Positions 8,028-17,018 of a stretch of 32,000 nucleotides of DNA are shown piece after piece; the first letter of the stretch is position 1, and every line of letters begins with the position of its first letter. This DNA is from Edaphobacter aggregans (GTDB taxonomy: Bacteria; Acidobacteriota; Terriglobia; Terriglobales; Acidobacteriaceae): assembly GCF_003945235.1 (NCBI RefSeq), contig NZ_RSDW01000001.1, positions 330,001 through 362,000 on the forward strand, in the 5' to 3' direction. Under the pieces are notes generated by a model. The model saw nothing but the letters and a program-made list of their open reading frames with translations, was not told the DNA's origin and did not search any database. Both the position numbers and the translations under genes were made by a program.

Positions 8028-9449
8028 ATGCATGGCGGCCCGCGATATATGAATCGTAGAAGCTTCATCACATCGACAGGCGCACTGCTTGCCAGCAGAT
8101 CGCTCCATGCACTTCCGATACAGAAAAAGCAGAGAGAAGCCATTCCTGTTGGAAAAGCCGATCATAGCCTCCGTATCGAACCTTGCACCCTCGAGATTGG
8201 CCCAGGTGTAACGATCAAAACCCTTGCCTATAACAGGCAGGTCCCTGGGCCGCTATTACGATTACGCACAGGTGTGCCAGTAACGATCGATGTTTTCAAT
8301 GCCAGTCCAAATGCCGACCTGGTGCACTGGCACGGCCTGGCGATCGATTCGCTAAACGATGGCGCAATGGAAGAAGGCTCGCCGATGATTCCAGCCGGCA
8401 GCATGTATCGATATACCTTCACTCCAAAGCCCGCCGGTACCCGCTGGTATCACACCCATGCCTCGGCTTATGAAGATCTTTCTGCCGGTACCTACAGCGG
8501 GCAGTTCGGGTTCCTTCTTGTGGAAGGCAAGGAACAGCCTGCTCAGTATGATCAGGAGATCAACTTGGCAATTCACCACTGGGAACCCTCATTCGTTCCA
8601 ATGGTGCAGATGATGCGCGAACATTCGTCCAACATGCCACTAACCGCCGGCTCCGACGTCGGATACAAGTACGCGACAATCAACTCGCACATGCTGGGTA
8701 CCGGAGAACCGATACGTGTCAAGCAAGGTCAGCGTGTTTTGATGCGGTTGCTGAACGCCAGTGCGACCGAGAATGTAGTCCTCGCGCTTCCGGGCCACAG
8801 CTTCAGGATCATCGCCATGGATGGGAACCCTGTCCCAAATCCCAGGCCGGTTGAGTTGCTTTCGCTGGCCGTCGCAGAGCGTATCGATGCAATTGTCGAG
8901 ATGGACGCTCCCGGCATATGGGTGCTCGGTTCTATCCTCGAGAAGGAACGTCAGATGGGCCTTGGCATTGTCGTCGAATACGCAGAAAGGACAGGCTCAC
9001 CGGTGTGGAAAGACCCACCAGCAGACGAGTGGGACTACACTCAGTTTGCCAATGTAGTGGAGGCCCCGAAACCGGATGAGACGTTCGTCCTGACATTTCG
9101 CGATAGCGGCCCGCTACATGGCTCCAAATTCGACACTTGGACCATCAACAACAAGTCCTGGCCCGACATCGAGCCATTGACAGTGCAACAAGGCAAGCGT
9201 TATCGGATGGTCTTTCGTAATGGCAGCGGAGACCAGCATCCAATTCATTTGCACCGTCACACCTTTGAGGTAACTCGTATCGGTAGCAAGCAGATGAGCG
9301 GACTGATGAAGGACGTCATCAATGTCATGCCTCTGGATACAGTCGAAGTTGACTTCGTCGCAAATAATCCTGGCGACACACTTCTGCATTGTCATCAACA
9401 GCTGCACATGGATTTTGGATTTATGCAGCTCATTAAATATTCAGGATAG
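8028..9449 (+). CDS. Multicopper oxidase (three-domain, laccase/CueO-like) with twin-arginine leader
   Basis: All four copper-ligand motifs are present: 'LVHWHGL', 'WYHTHAS', 'HPIHLHRH' and 'HCHQQLHMDFGFM'. The Tat leader is 'MNRRSFITSTGALLASRSLHA'. ATG 8049 (MNRRSF...) is an equally plausible start. Confidence 0.85.
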   Translation: MHGGPRYMNRRSFITSTGALLASRSLHALPIQKKQREAIPVGKADHSLRIEPCTLEIGPGVTIKTLAYNRQVPGPLLRLRTGVPVTIDVFNASPNADLVHWHGLAIDSLNDGAMEEGSPMIPAGSMYRYTFTPKPAGTRWYHTHASAYEDLSAGTYSGQFGFLLVEGKEQPAQYDQEINLAIHHWEPSFVPMVQMMREHSSNMPLTAGSDVGYKYATINSHMLGTGEPIRVKQGQRVLMRLLNASATENVVLALPGHSFRIIAMDGNPVPNPRPVELLSLAVAERIDAIVEMDAPGIWVLGSILEKERQMGLGIVVEYAERTGSPVWKDPPADEWDYTQFANVVEAPKPDETFVLTFRDSGPLHGSKFDTWTINNKSWPDIEPLTVQQGKRYRMVFRNGSGDQHPIHLHRHTFEVTRIGSKQMSGLMKDVINVMPLDTVEVDFVANNPGDTLLHCHQQLHMDFGFMQLIKYSG

Positions 9450-9473
9450 TTAGCCGTCTTCTTTCCGGCTCGT

Positions 9474-10352
9474 TTACGAGACCAACGCCTCTTCACGCGC
9501 GCGGCGGAGCGTCTCAACAACATCGCCCGTTGGATAGAACTCCATGGCGATCACGCCCTTGTAGTTCAGTTGCGCAAGCTTCCGATAGATATTGGCGTAA
9601 TTCACCTCGCCGGTGCCGGGTTCATGCCGCCCAGGAACATCCGCAATATGAATCAGCCCAACTTCAGCAATGTTCTTGTCCAGCTTCTCGATAAGGTTAC
9701 CGGACTCACGCTGCTCGTGATACAGGTCATACAGTACCTTGATGTTCGGACTGTCCACCGCACGAACAATATCGAATGCCTCATTCACACCATCCAGATA
9801 GATCGAAGGGTTCTCCAACCGGTCGATCGGTTCAATCACGCCCACAATACCCGCTGCACGCAACAGTTCCGCAGCACGCTTCAGCGTGACGACCGAAGCA
9901 GCATGCTGATCCTCTCGGGATACCCCCTCAATCCGCTTCCCCGAAAGCAAAATGATCTGGCCAGCTTGCAATCGCTGCGCCACCGGTAGTAATCCTTTTA
10001 GCTCAGAGAGGAAAGCATCGCCTCCCGAGGGATCTGCAAACCCCGCCGTCATACCCGCCATAGCATCCACAGAGATGCCCAGCGCCTGCATTCGCGCAAG
10101 GATACGGCGAGTGTCCTCTTCCGACCATTTCTTGAACTCGTTCACCAACTCCACATGGTGGTAGCGGGCCTGCGCAACCCGCTCCAGGTTTTCCTCAAAG
10201 CTGCCATGATCCCTCAGCGTCCACATCATGACCGAGAACTGCGGCCCTACCTTGCCAATGTTTTGTGGCTGCGCCTTCAACACAATTGGGGAGAATGCGC
10301 CCGTCGCCAGAGTTGCCGTCATCAGTCTCCCAAAATCTCTGCGAGTCAACAT
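9474..10352 (-). CDS. Hydroxypyruvate-isomerase-family TIM-barrel protein with twin-arginine leader
   Basis: 'IHIADVPGRHEPGTGEVNYANIY...GVIAMEFYP' matches the Hyi/OtnI-type signature as I remember it. The N-terminus 'MLTRRDFGRLMTATLATGAFSPIVLKAQ' is Tat-like. Confidence 0.8.
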   Translation of the reverse strand: MLTRRDFGRLMTATLATGAFSPIVLKAQPQNIGKVGPQFSVMMWTLRDHGSFEENLERVAQARYHHVELVNEFKKWSEEDTRRILARMQALGISVDAMAGMTAGFADPSGGDAFLSELKGLLPVAQRLQAGQIILLSGKRIEGVSREDQHAASVVTLKRAAELLRAAGIVGVIEPIDRLENPSIYLDGVNEAFDIVRAVDSPNIKVLYDLYHEQRESGNLIEKLDKNIAEVGLIHIADVPGRHEPGTGEVNYANIYRKLAQLNYKGVIAMEFYPTGDVVETLRRAREEALVS

Positions 10353-10389
10353 GCGGAGAATGGTAGCAAACTACCTCGCCGAACGGACG

Positions 10390-11559
10390 CTAGAGACTTC
10401 GCAAGGCTGCACAGGCTCGATCCAAATCTTCCGGCTTCTTCCCAAAGCAGAATCGAAGGATGTTCTCTCCCCTGCCCTGTGTAAAGAACGCAGATCCAGC
10501 CACCGCAGCTACGCCTGTAGCTGCGAGCAGATGACGGGCTTTCTTGTGTGCTGTTTCACCGGGAACACGCGAGGCGTCGGCCAGCACGTAATAAGCTCCT
10601 TCAGGAATAGAAGGCGCCAGACCAGCATCCGCGAGCGCACTGCACAACTGGTCACGTTTCTGCTGGTACTCCGTAGAAAGCTCAGCATAGAACGAATCGG
10701 GAAGTTCGACCAAACCCGCAGCCGCACCATGCTGAAATGGCGAAGGACTGCAAACGTAGGTTAGGTCGTGAAAGTAGCCGATCGACGGAATCCACTGCCT
10801 GCTAGCCGTAAGATAGCCGATTCGCCAACCTGTAATGCTGAATGTCTTCGAGAGGCCTGAAATCGTAATCGTCCGCTCAGCCATCCCAGGCAGCGTCGCC
10901 ATGCTGATATGGCGAGTGCCATCGAAGAGGAAATATTCATAAATCTCATCGGTGAACACAAACAGGTCATGCTGGATAGCCAGGTCGGCAATAGCCCGCA
11001 GCTCATCAAGATGAAAGACCTTACCCGACGGATTGCACGGTGTATTGACGATGATAGCGCGGGTACGGGACGTGATCGCACTGCGCAGAGCATCGAGGTC
11101 AAGCTTCCAGTCAGGTGCCGTAAGCGAGACCGGGATAGGCTGCACCCGGAGCGAGAGCAGTGTATTGACGTGATAACCGTAGAACGGCTCGAAGAGGATG
11201 ACCTCGTCGCCTGGATTCAGCAGCGCAAGACTGGCAGCATACAACGCCCCCGTGGCTCCCGAGGTCACCAGCACCTCGGAATCAGGGTCGGCAGAGATGC
11301 CGTTGTATCGCTCGAGTTTAGCCGCGATTGCCTGTCGCAGCGACTCAATACCGTCCAGCCGCGTGTAGATGTTGTGGCCCTGCTGGATGGCCTTGATCGC
11401 CGCATCCGCTACGAAATCAGGCAGATCGGTATCGCATACTCCCTGCGCGAGATTGATGCCGCCGACACGATCGCATTCGACCGACATGGCACGAATCTCA
11501 GACTGAACAATAAGCGGCGAAATATCACTGACGTGGAGTTGACTGTTGGCAATCGGCAT
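10390..11559 (-). CDS. Pyridoxal-phosphate-dependent aminotransferase, class I/II
   Basis: The PLP-lysine motif is 'SKTFSITGWRIGY', and 'NTPCNPSGKVF' corresponds to the NPxNPTG motif. The start is ATG 11559 (MPIANSQ...). The ORF-track start at 11574 is a TTG. Confidence 0.85.
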   Translation of the reverse strand: MPIANSQLHVSDISPLIVQSEIRAMSVECDRVGGINLAQGVCDTDLPDFVADAAIKAIQQGHNIYTRLDGIESLRQAIAAKLERYNGISADPDSEVLVTSGATGALYAASLALLNPGDEVILFEPFYGYHVNTLLSLRVQPIPVSLTAPDWKLDLDALRSAITSRTRAIIVNTPCNPSGKVFHLDELRAIADLAIQHDLFVFTDEIYEYFLFDGTRHISMATLPGMAERTITISGLSKTFSITGWRIGYLTASRQWIPSIGYFHDLTYVCSPSPFQHGAAAGLVELPDSFYAELSTEYQQKRDQLCSALADAGLAPSIPEGAYYVLADASRVPGETAHKKARHLLAATGVAAVAGSAFFTQGRGENILRFCFGKKPEDLDRACAALRSL

Positions 11560-11619
11560 ATCGCTTCGTAACAACGATGGTATACCTTTTGGCTCTTCTG
11601 TTACGTCCGGGAGGAAGCG

Positions 11620-13374
11620 TTAGAAATTGAAAGCCAGCCCTGCCTGTATGGTCCTGGGAGACTGCGCCAGAAAGAGGGTCTGTCCGTCAGCCGACAGGAA
11701 TGGGCGGTAGCCCTGCTCCAGCAGATTTGTCACGTCCACCGTCGCCTCAAGCCCTGGAGGCAACAGGCTGCCGCAATGTACCGGCTGTCTGAGATAGAAG
11801 CTCAGATAGGCCTGATCGCCAAAAGCCTCATAAGGATTGACCTCTGTAACAAACCGCTCTGGTTGCCAGCGATAAGCAGCCCGTACGCGAGTTCCAGTGT
11901 GGATGACTCTTCCCTTCACTGCAACCGTAAGCGACTGCGATGCCATCGGCTTTAAATCCGTTGCAACACTTGGCAACGTCATCGTGGCCCCTTCGCCAGC
12001 CGTCAGCGCGGCACCAGTGTTGTACTCAACCGCCACCCACATGGCCGGAGTGATAGGCTCCGTCAGCAAGAGGCTGATGCCCTGTGTCTTGTATCCGGCG
12101 CCCATCAGTCGGAACGTATCCGTGCTTGTATCGGCCAGAACGCCGCTCGTCGATCCCGGTCCATTGGCTGAAGCAAAATCTGTCGGGCTCAGCACGCCTC
12201 CACCAGACACAGCGATGCGGTTCAGATTATCGCGATAGAGTGCAGCCTGGACGAGCCCTTTTCCTAGCTTTCGACCAACAGTAATCTCTTGATGCAGTCC
12301 ACGCTCGGTCTGCATCCTGCCTCCCGACAAAACCGCAACTGGCAACTCCATCTGCACCGCGTCCAACCCAGCAAACGATTGGAGATCGCGAGACGTTGCC
12401 ATCCGGTATCCGACCGTCACCGCAGAGGTCGGATGCGCCGTAACCCGCAGGAAAGGACGTGCGGCGAATGCAGAGTTAGCTGTGCGAACCACATAGACAG
12501 CGCTGCCAACTTCAAGATCGACCGAATCGCCCAACTGCGTCTTCTGTGCGCTGGCCAGTTGCATGGCCTGAATACCCGACACAGCGCCCGAGCCGATGAT
12601 TTCGGGATGAGCCTGGTAGCTTACGACTGTTCGTGCGGCACCTGCGAACCCGAGCCGTTTTTGATAGCCCACCTGAACGTCCGTTGAGGGCGCACGCAGT
12701 GATGATCCGGACGCGCTGCCCATGTCCGCACGAAGCGTCATGCCCGCCCCGTCAGCAAGAGACCGGTCGATGGCAAATACATTGTGAATTCCACCAGTAC
12801 CAAACCCGCCGTCACCGGAGGTCATCGATGCCCGGACACGATCTGGAGGTGTCGGGGACTCAGCGCTCGACGAGACAACGATCATCTGGTTATCTTCGAC
12901 AAGGCGTAGGATAGGGCGATTTGCAGCCGACCGTAACGTCCACGTCCAGTCATCGTTCGGTTCGTCAGCCTTGCGCCGTTCCGCCGGCAGCCACGAAGCC
13001 GCATCGAAGATCGCATTCAGAGTGAGATTAACCACCGCCTTAGCGCCTGGCCGGAGTTGCAGATTATCCCGCATCGTTGGCACAAACAGCGCCGCGCTCG
13101 CCCGAACCTCGTATTTACCGGGAAGCAGGTTGGCAATCAGATATCGTCCGTGAAGGTCGGTGAACGCCGTGCCCACCATGGCGTCGTTGGCCAGAACCTG
13201 AACCAGTGCGCCCATCTGGGCCACACCCTGCGCATCGCGTACCACGCCTGACACGGCAGCGACTGGACCGGCTGCTCTGCTTGTGGCAGTCACCGTCAGC
13301 ACTAGGGCCAGAATCGCGATTTTCACCTGGGATCGTTGCACAGTTATGACACCTGGCGCCGATGGCTTCTCCAA
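11620..13374 (-). CDS. CarboxypepD_reg-like domain outer-membrane beta-barrel protein (no TonB plug)
   Basis: A signal peptide ('KIAILALVLTVTATSRAAG') is followed by a carboxypeptidase-regulatory-like fold ('VSGVVRDAQGV...GRYLIANLLPGKYEVRASA'). About 450 aa of alternating beta-strand-like sequence then end in 'QAGLAFNF', the aromatic terminus typical of OMPs. The start is either TTG 13374 or GTG 13326. Confidence 0.6.
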   Translation of the reverse strand: MEKPSAPGVITVQRSQVKIAILALVLTVTATSRAAGPVAAVSGVVRDAQGVAQMGALVQVLANDAMVGTAFTDLHGRYLIANLLPGKYEVRASAALFVPTMRDNLQLRPGAKAVVNLTLNAIFDAASWLPAERRKADEPNDDWTWTLRSAANRPILRLVEDNQMIVVSSSAESPTPPDRVRASMTSGDGGFGTGGIHNVFAIDRSLADGAGMTLRADMGSASGSSLRAPSTDVQVGYQKRLGFAGAARTVVSYQAHPEIIGSGAVSGIQAMQLASAQKTQLGDSVDLEVGSAVYVVRTANSAFAARPFLRVTAHPTSAVTVGYRMATSRDLQSFAGLDAVQMELPVAVLSGGRMQTERGLHQEITVGRKLGKGLVQAALYRDNLNRIAVSGGGVLSPTDFASANGPGSTSGVLADTSTDTFRLMGAGYKTQGISLLLTEPITPAMWVAVEYNTGAALTAGEGATMTLPSVATDLKPMASQSLTVAVKGRVIHTGTRVRAAYRWQPERFVTEVNPYEAFGDQAYLSFYLRQPVHCGSLLPPGLEATVDVTNLLEQGYRPFLSADGQTLFLAQSPRTIQAGLAFNF

Positions 13375-13483
13375 AGATGACGCGCCCGGAAAAACTGTGG
13401 GTACGCGTTTAGAGGTTGCGCTGGAGATCGGTTATCGCATGTTCGAGTCCGCGTACCGTATCTACTTCGTCTAGCGCATGACC

Positions 13484-15235
13484 TTAATCGACTACAAACG
13501 GCGCAGATTCTGCGATCTGCTGCTTGGTAATACCATCGTTCACCTTAATAGTGATCTGGTACTTGCCCGGCTGCAGGCTGGCCAACGGCATCGTTCTTTC
13601 CAGCGTGACCTGATCTGCATTCGGGTTAGTCTTCGACGTTAGTTCCTGAGTCTGCAAAATGGTCTGATTGGTCGTCATGTTCACCACGTCGTACTCGATC
13701 GTGGCTCCATTCTGTTTGCTCTTTTCGTCGATACCGAGGTTATACACCTGCATCCAGAAATTCAAGCTCTGCGAGCGATGAAAAGTGACTGGCGTTGCAA
13801 CACCGGTTGGAACTCGTGGACGAATATGGGTGTTCCCGATAACAAAATTCCCTGCTCCGATCTCCTTTGACGGCACTCTGGTCATCTCGTCAGCCAGGAT
13901 TAGCGATGAAGCCGCCAATTTGTCATCATCGTATTTGGGAACATTAATACTGCGTCGCCAGGTACCGATATGGTCAGGATTGTTGACGTCCTTGATCACG
14001 ATATCGATCTTGTACAACCCCGGACGCAACGGTAACGCCTTCCAGTAAACCGAAGCCCTGTTCTGCGCCTGGGCCAGCAACTCAGTCGGCTCCTGGACAG
14101 TCACGGTTTCCTCAAACGTCTGAATCGCCCTGTGATTCAAGTCAGAAACCCGCCCGAGGACATTTACCGTTCCCGTAGCTACGCCGTCCTTATTATTGAA
14201 CGTAATATCCTTATTTCGAATCTGCAGCGTCACCGGCACAATGACCGTATCGTTGGTCACCTTCACGTAATCGGTACGAACATCGAAGAGGAATGGAGGT
14301 CCAGTCAGGATCTTCGAGCTCACCATGTAGGATTCGAGGTCCTTGAACTTAATCTCGGGCGGAGCCATCAGCTTTGCAAATGTATTTAGCCGGTCGAACT
14401 GCTTGCTCTGGTTCTGAGACGACATCGGCCCATTACCCAACTGCTCCAGCCCACCACCAGAGAAGCGGTCCGCCTTGGAGGACTGCCCTTGCTGCTCGTA
14501 CAGAGTCTCGCCCGCGCCAGGAACGTGTTTCAGGGCATCTTTCTCCGACCGGTCAATCGTCATGTGGTAGTCGCCGCACATGCAGCTATCCACAAACTCG
14601 ATGTCGATGTTGTCGCCTATGCCCTGCAGGTAGCGATAGTGCCAGATCTCAAACGGATAGGTCGAGGTGTTGCCACCACCCTCATCCATCGGACGCTCGT
14701 AGCTTCCTCCACTGGGGTGGGAGTCGATGCTGTCGGGCTTACCATAGGCGATGTAGATATGGCCACGGTCAGTCTTCCAACCAGGCTTGCCAGCAGCGAA
14801 GTGCTCATTCGCATACGCGATTCGAGCATAGTGCTCTTCACGGTATTCGTTCTCAGGAGAGTCCGGGTTAGGATTCCGGCGCAGCCAGAAGTTCTCGATG
14901 AACTGATCACGTTCCTCGTCGTTGGCCAGGCTCTTGAATGCCTGCATCTCCTGGTCGGTGATGATCCAGCGAACATCCTGATCGAGCCAGGTCTTGTACG
15001 ACCCCTTCAACTCTTTTCGGAGCTCCTTCTGCTGCTGGATCTTCTCCTTGTCGCTGGGCGGACGCTTTAGGGGATCCGGCTTTTCTTCAGTCACAGGTCC
15101 GCGCGTTACGCCATCGGGCGTCGCCTGGGTTGCCGGAGCGGTCGTGTTCTGCGCAGGTAGTTTTTGTCCCCCCATCATCGCCAAAACCAAAAGTAGTAGA
15201 GATGTGCCGGATACGATCTGCCGCGACGTCGTCAT
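13484..15235 (-). CDS. GWxTD domain-containing secreted protein
   Basis: The signal peptide is 'GTSLLLLVLAMMGGQKLPAQ'. The eponymous motif 'KPGWKTDRGHIYIAYGKPD' follows 'FIENFWLRRNPNPDSPENEYREEHYARIAYANEHF'. A beta-rich C-terminal half of about 350 aa completes the protein. Confidence 0.75.
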   Translation of the reverse strand: MTTSRQIVSGTSLLLLVLAMMGGQKLPAQNTTAPATQATPDGVTRGPVTEEKPDPLKRPPSDKEKIQQQKELRKELKGSYKTWLDQDVRWIITDQEMQAFKSLANDEERDQFIENFWLRRNPNPDSPENEYREEHYARIAYANEHFAAGKPGWKTDRGHIYIAYGKPDSIDSHPSGGSYERPMDEGGGNTSTYPFEIWHYRYLQGIGDNIDIEFVDSCMCGDYHMTIDRSEKDALKHVPGAGETLYEQQGQSSKADRFSGGGLEQLGNGPMSSQNQSKQFDRLNTFAKLMAPPEIKFKDLESYMVSSKILTGPPFLFDVRTDYVKVTNDTVIVPVTLQIRNKDITFNNKDGVATGTVNVLGRVSDLNHRAIQTFEETVTVQEPTELLAQAQNRASVYWKALPLRPGLYKIDIVIKDVNNPDHIGTWRRSINVPKYDDDKLAASSLILADEMTRVPSKEIGAGNFVIGNTHIRPRVPTGVATPVTFHRSQSLNFWMQVYNLGIDEKSKQNGATIEYDVVNMTTNQTILQTQELTSKTNPNADQVTLERTMPLASLQPGKYQITIKVNDGITKQQIAESAPFVVD

Positions 15236-15501
15236 AATGGGGTGGAACTCCTTACCAGTTCACATTGTAGAGCGGGAAATCGACGGTTACAAGCGGGTGA
15301 ATTAGACCCGCCCCTGCTATCATCACCTGCACAACAACAATGACCTAAAGCAGTGCGTCCAAATCTCACGGATGGACATCTGCTAGCTAGGCGGAGTCAT
15401 ACGGAACGTTAGACGGTTGAACCCCGTATATGTCCTGAAACAGGTTGAAAATATCCCTAACCGCGCCCGGTTCTTGGCGGAGAAGCGAAGAGAAAGCATC
15501 A

Positions 15502-16899
15502 ATGAACGCGAAGAAAATCATTCTGATTGCGGTAGCTGTCCTCGTCCTGGCAGGAATCATCGTTGGTTCCATCCTCAAAAGTCAGTCATCCGTCACCAAA
15601 GTGGCCACCGCCAAGGTAACCCGCCAGGATCTCGTCTCTATCGTCAACGGCACAGGCCAAATCAAGCCCAAGACTTATGTAAACATCGGCGCCACAGCCT
15701 TTGGCCGAATCACTCACCTCTATGTCAAAGAAGGTGATCACGTTAAGGCCGACCAACTCGTCGCCACCGTCGAGAGCGAACAACCTGCGTCTGCCGTCGA
15801 GGCCCAGCATGCAACCATCGCTTCGTCGAAGACTGACGTAGACTCCTTCATTGCCGCCGAGCGTACAGCGGAGGCCAATGTTGAGCAGGCTAAGGCTGAT
15901 CTCGAGCAGAAGAAGTTCGACTACGAGCGCGCCCTCGCCCTTTACAACGAAAAGCTGATCGCAAAGCAGGACTACGACGCCAAGAAAGCCGCCTACGACG
16001 TTTCAGCGGCCACGCTGCAGCAGCGCATCGCAGCCGTCGCCCAGGCAAAGGCGCAAACCCTCTCTGCAAAAGGACACGTCGACCAGGCCGTCGCTACCCT
16101 GCGAGGAAGCGACTATAACCTCGGCCTTACCCAAAGCCGCGCTCCCTTTGACGCCCTCGTCACCAACGTTCCCGTCCGCGAAGGTGAGACCGTCGTCCTA
16201 GGTATCCAAAACGCAGAAGGATCCACCCTAATGACCCTCGCTGACATGTCCGTTATTACCGCCGAGGTAAAAGTCGACGAGACAGACATCGTTAACGTTG
16301 CCATCGGCCAACCCGCCGATGTAACCGTCGATGCCCTGCCCGGTCGAAGCTTCAAAGGTCACGTCACCCAGGTCGGCGATCAGGCTCTCCTCCGCACTAC
16401 CGGCATAGCCACCAGCCAGAGCACCACGGGCACCGAAGAGGCCAAGGACTTCAAAGTCGTCGTCACGCTCGACCAGCCATCGGATGATCTGCGACCGGGT
16501 CTCTCCACTACTGCAAAGATCACAACGGCCCATAAACCCAATGCCCTCAACATTCCCATCCAAGCCCTCGTCCAACGCGATGTGTTGACCGAGAAGGCGT
16601 TGTTCACCAACGGCGGCAAACCGCCAACCGGAGTCGCCTCAGCCAGCACCAGCAAGCCACAACTGGTTCAGGGCGTCTATGTCCTTCAGGCCGACAGCAA
16701 GAACCGCAATAAGCTTCGCGTCAACTTCGTCCCGGTCGCAACCGGAGTCACGGGTGCCACAGACATCGAAGTGCTCAGCGGGCTCAAGGAGGGTGACGAG
16801 ATCGTTACCGGCCGCTATAAGATTCTGCGTGCCCTAAAAAGCGGGACGATCGTCAAAAAAGATAACTCGGTCGAGTCAGCCGACGCCGACAAGTCGTAA
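15502..16899 (+). CDS. Efflux periplasmic adaptor (membrane-fusion protein), MacA/HlyD-like
   Basis: The N-terminal anchor is '[20 protein letters not shown]'. A lipoyl-like segment '[18 protein letters not shown]' and a long coiled-coil hairpin ('[37 protein letters not shown]') follow, then a beta-barrel/MP domain ('[12 protein letters not shown]'). The start is ATG 15502; the ORF track extends to 15445. Confidence 0.85.
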   Translation: MNAKKIILIAVAVLVLAGIIVGSILKSQSSVTKVATAKVTRQDLVSIVNGTGQIKPKTYVNIGATAFGRITHLYVKEGDHVKADQLVATVESEQPASAVEAQHATIASSKTDVDSFIAAERTAEANVEQAKADLEQKKFDYERALALYNEKLIAKQDYDAKKAAYDVSAATLQQRIAAVAQAKAQTLSAKGHVDQAVATLRGSDYNLGLTQSRAPFDALVTNVPVREGETVVLGIQNAEGSTLMTLADMSVITAEVKVDETDIVNVAIGQPADVTVDALPGRSFKGHVTQVGDQALLRTTGIATSQSTTGTEEAKDFKVVVTLDQPSDDLRPGLSTTAKITTAHKPNALNIPIQALVQRDVLTEKALFTNGGKPPTGVASASTSKPQLVQGVYVLQADSKNRNKLRVNFVPVATGVTGATDIEVLSGLKEGDEIVTGRYKILRALKSGTIVKKDNSVESADADKS

Positions 16900-17018
16900 G
16901 ATCATGCGTAGGGCTCGGCGAGGCTCCTGGCCAGAGTGCGGATACACGCCTAAGCCCAGGGAACCAATACAGCAGCATAAACGTACTAACCCTCGAACTC
17001 ACACGACCGGAGAACCGG

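Noticed and set aside
9451-9470. A short hairpin (AGCCG/CGGCT, 9-nt loop) lies between the convergent MCO and Hyi-like genes. I considered it as a bidirectional terminator.
   Set aside because: The stem is only 5 bp and there is no adjacent U-tract on either strand, which is too weak to call.
13401-13456. A tRNA T-loop-like 'GTTCGAGTCC' is flanked by a GTACGCG/CGCGTAC inverted repeat, which raised the question of a tRNA or tRNA fragment.
   Set aside because: The span is only 56 nt. The bases flanking TTCGAGT do not form a T-stem, and no D-arm or anticodon arm can be drawn. This is a chance motif in the spacer between the GWxTD and barrel genes.
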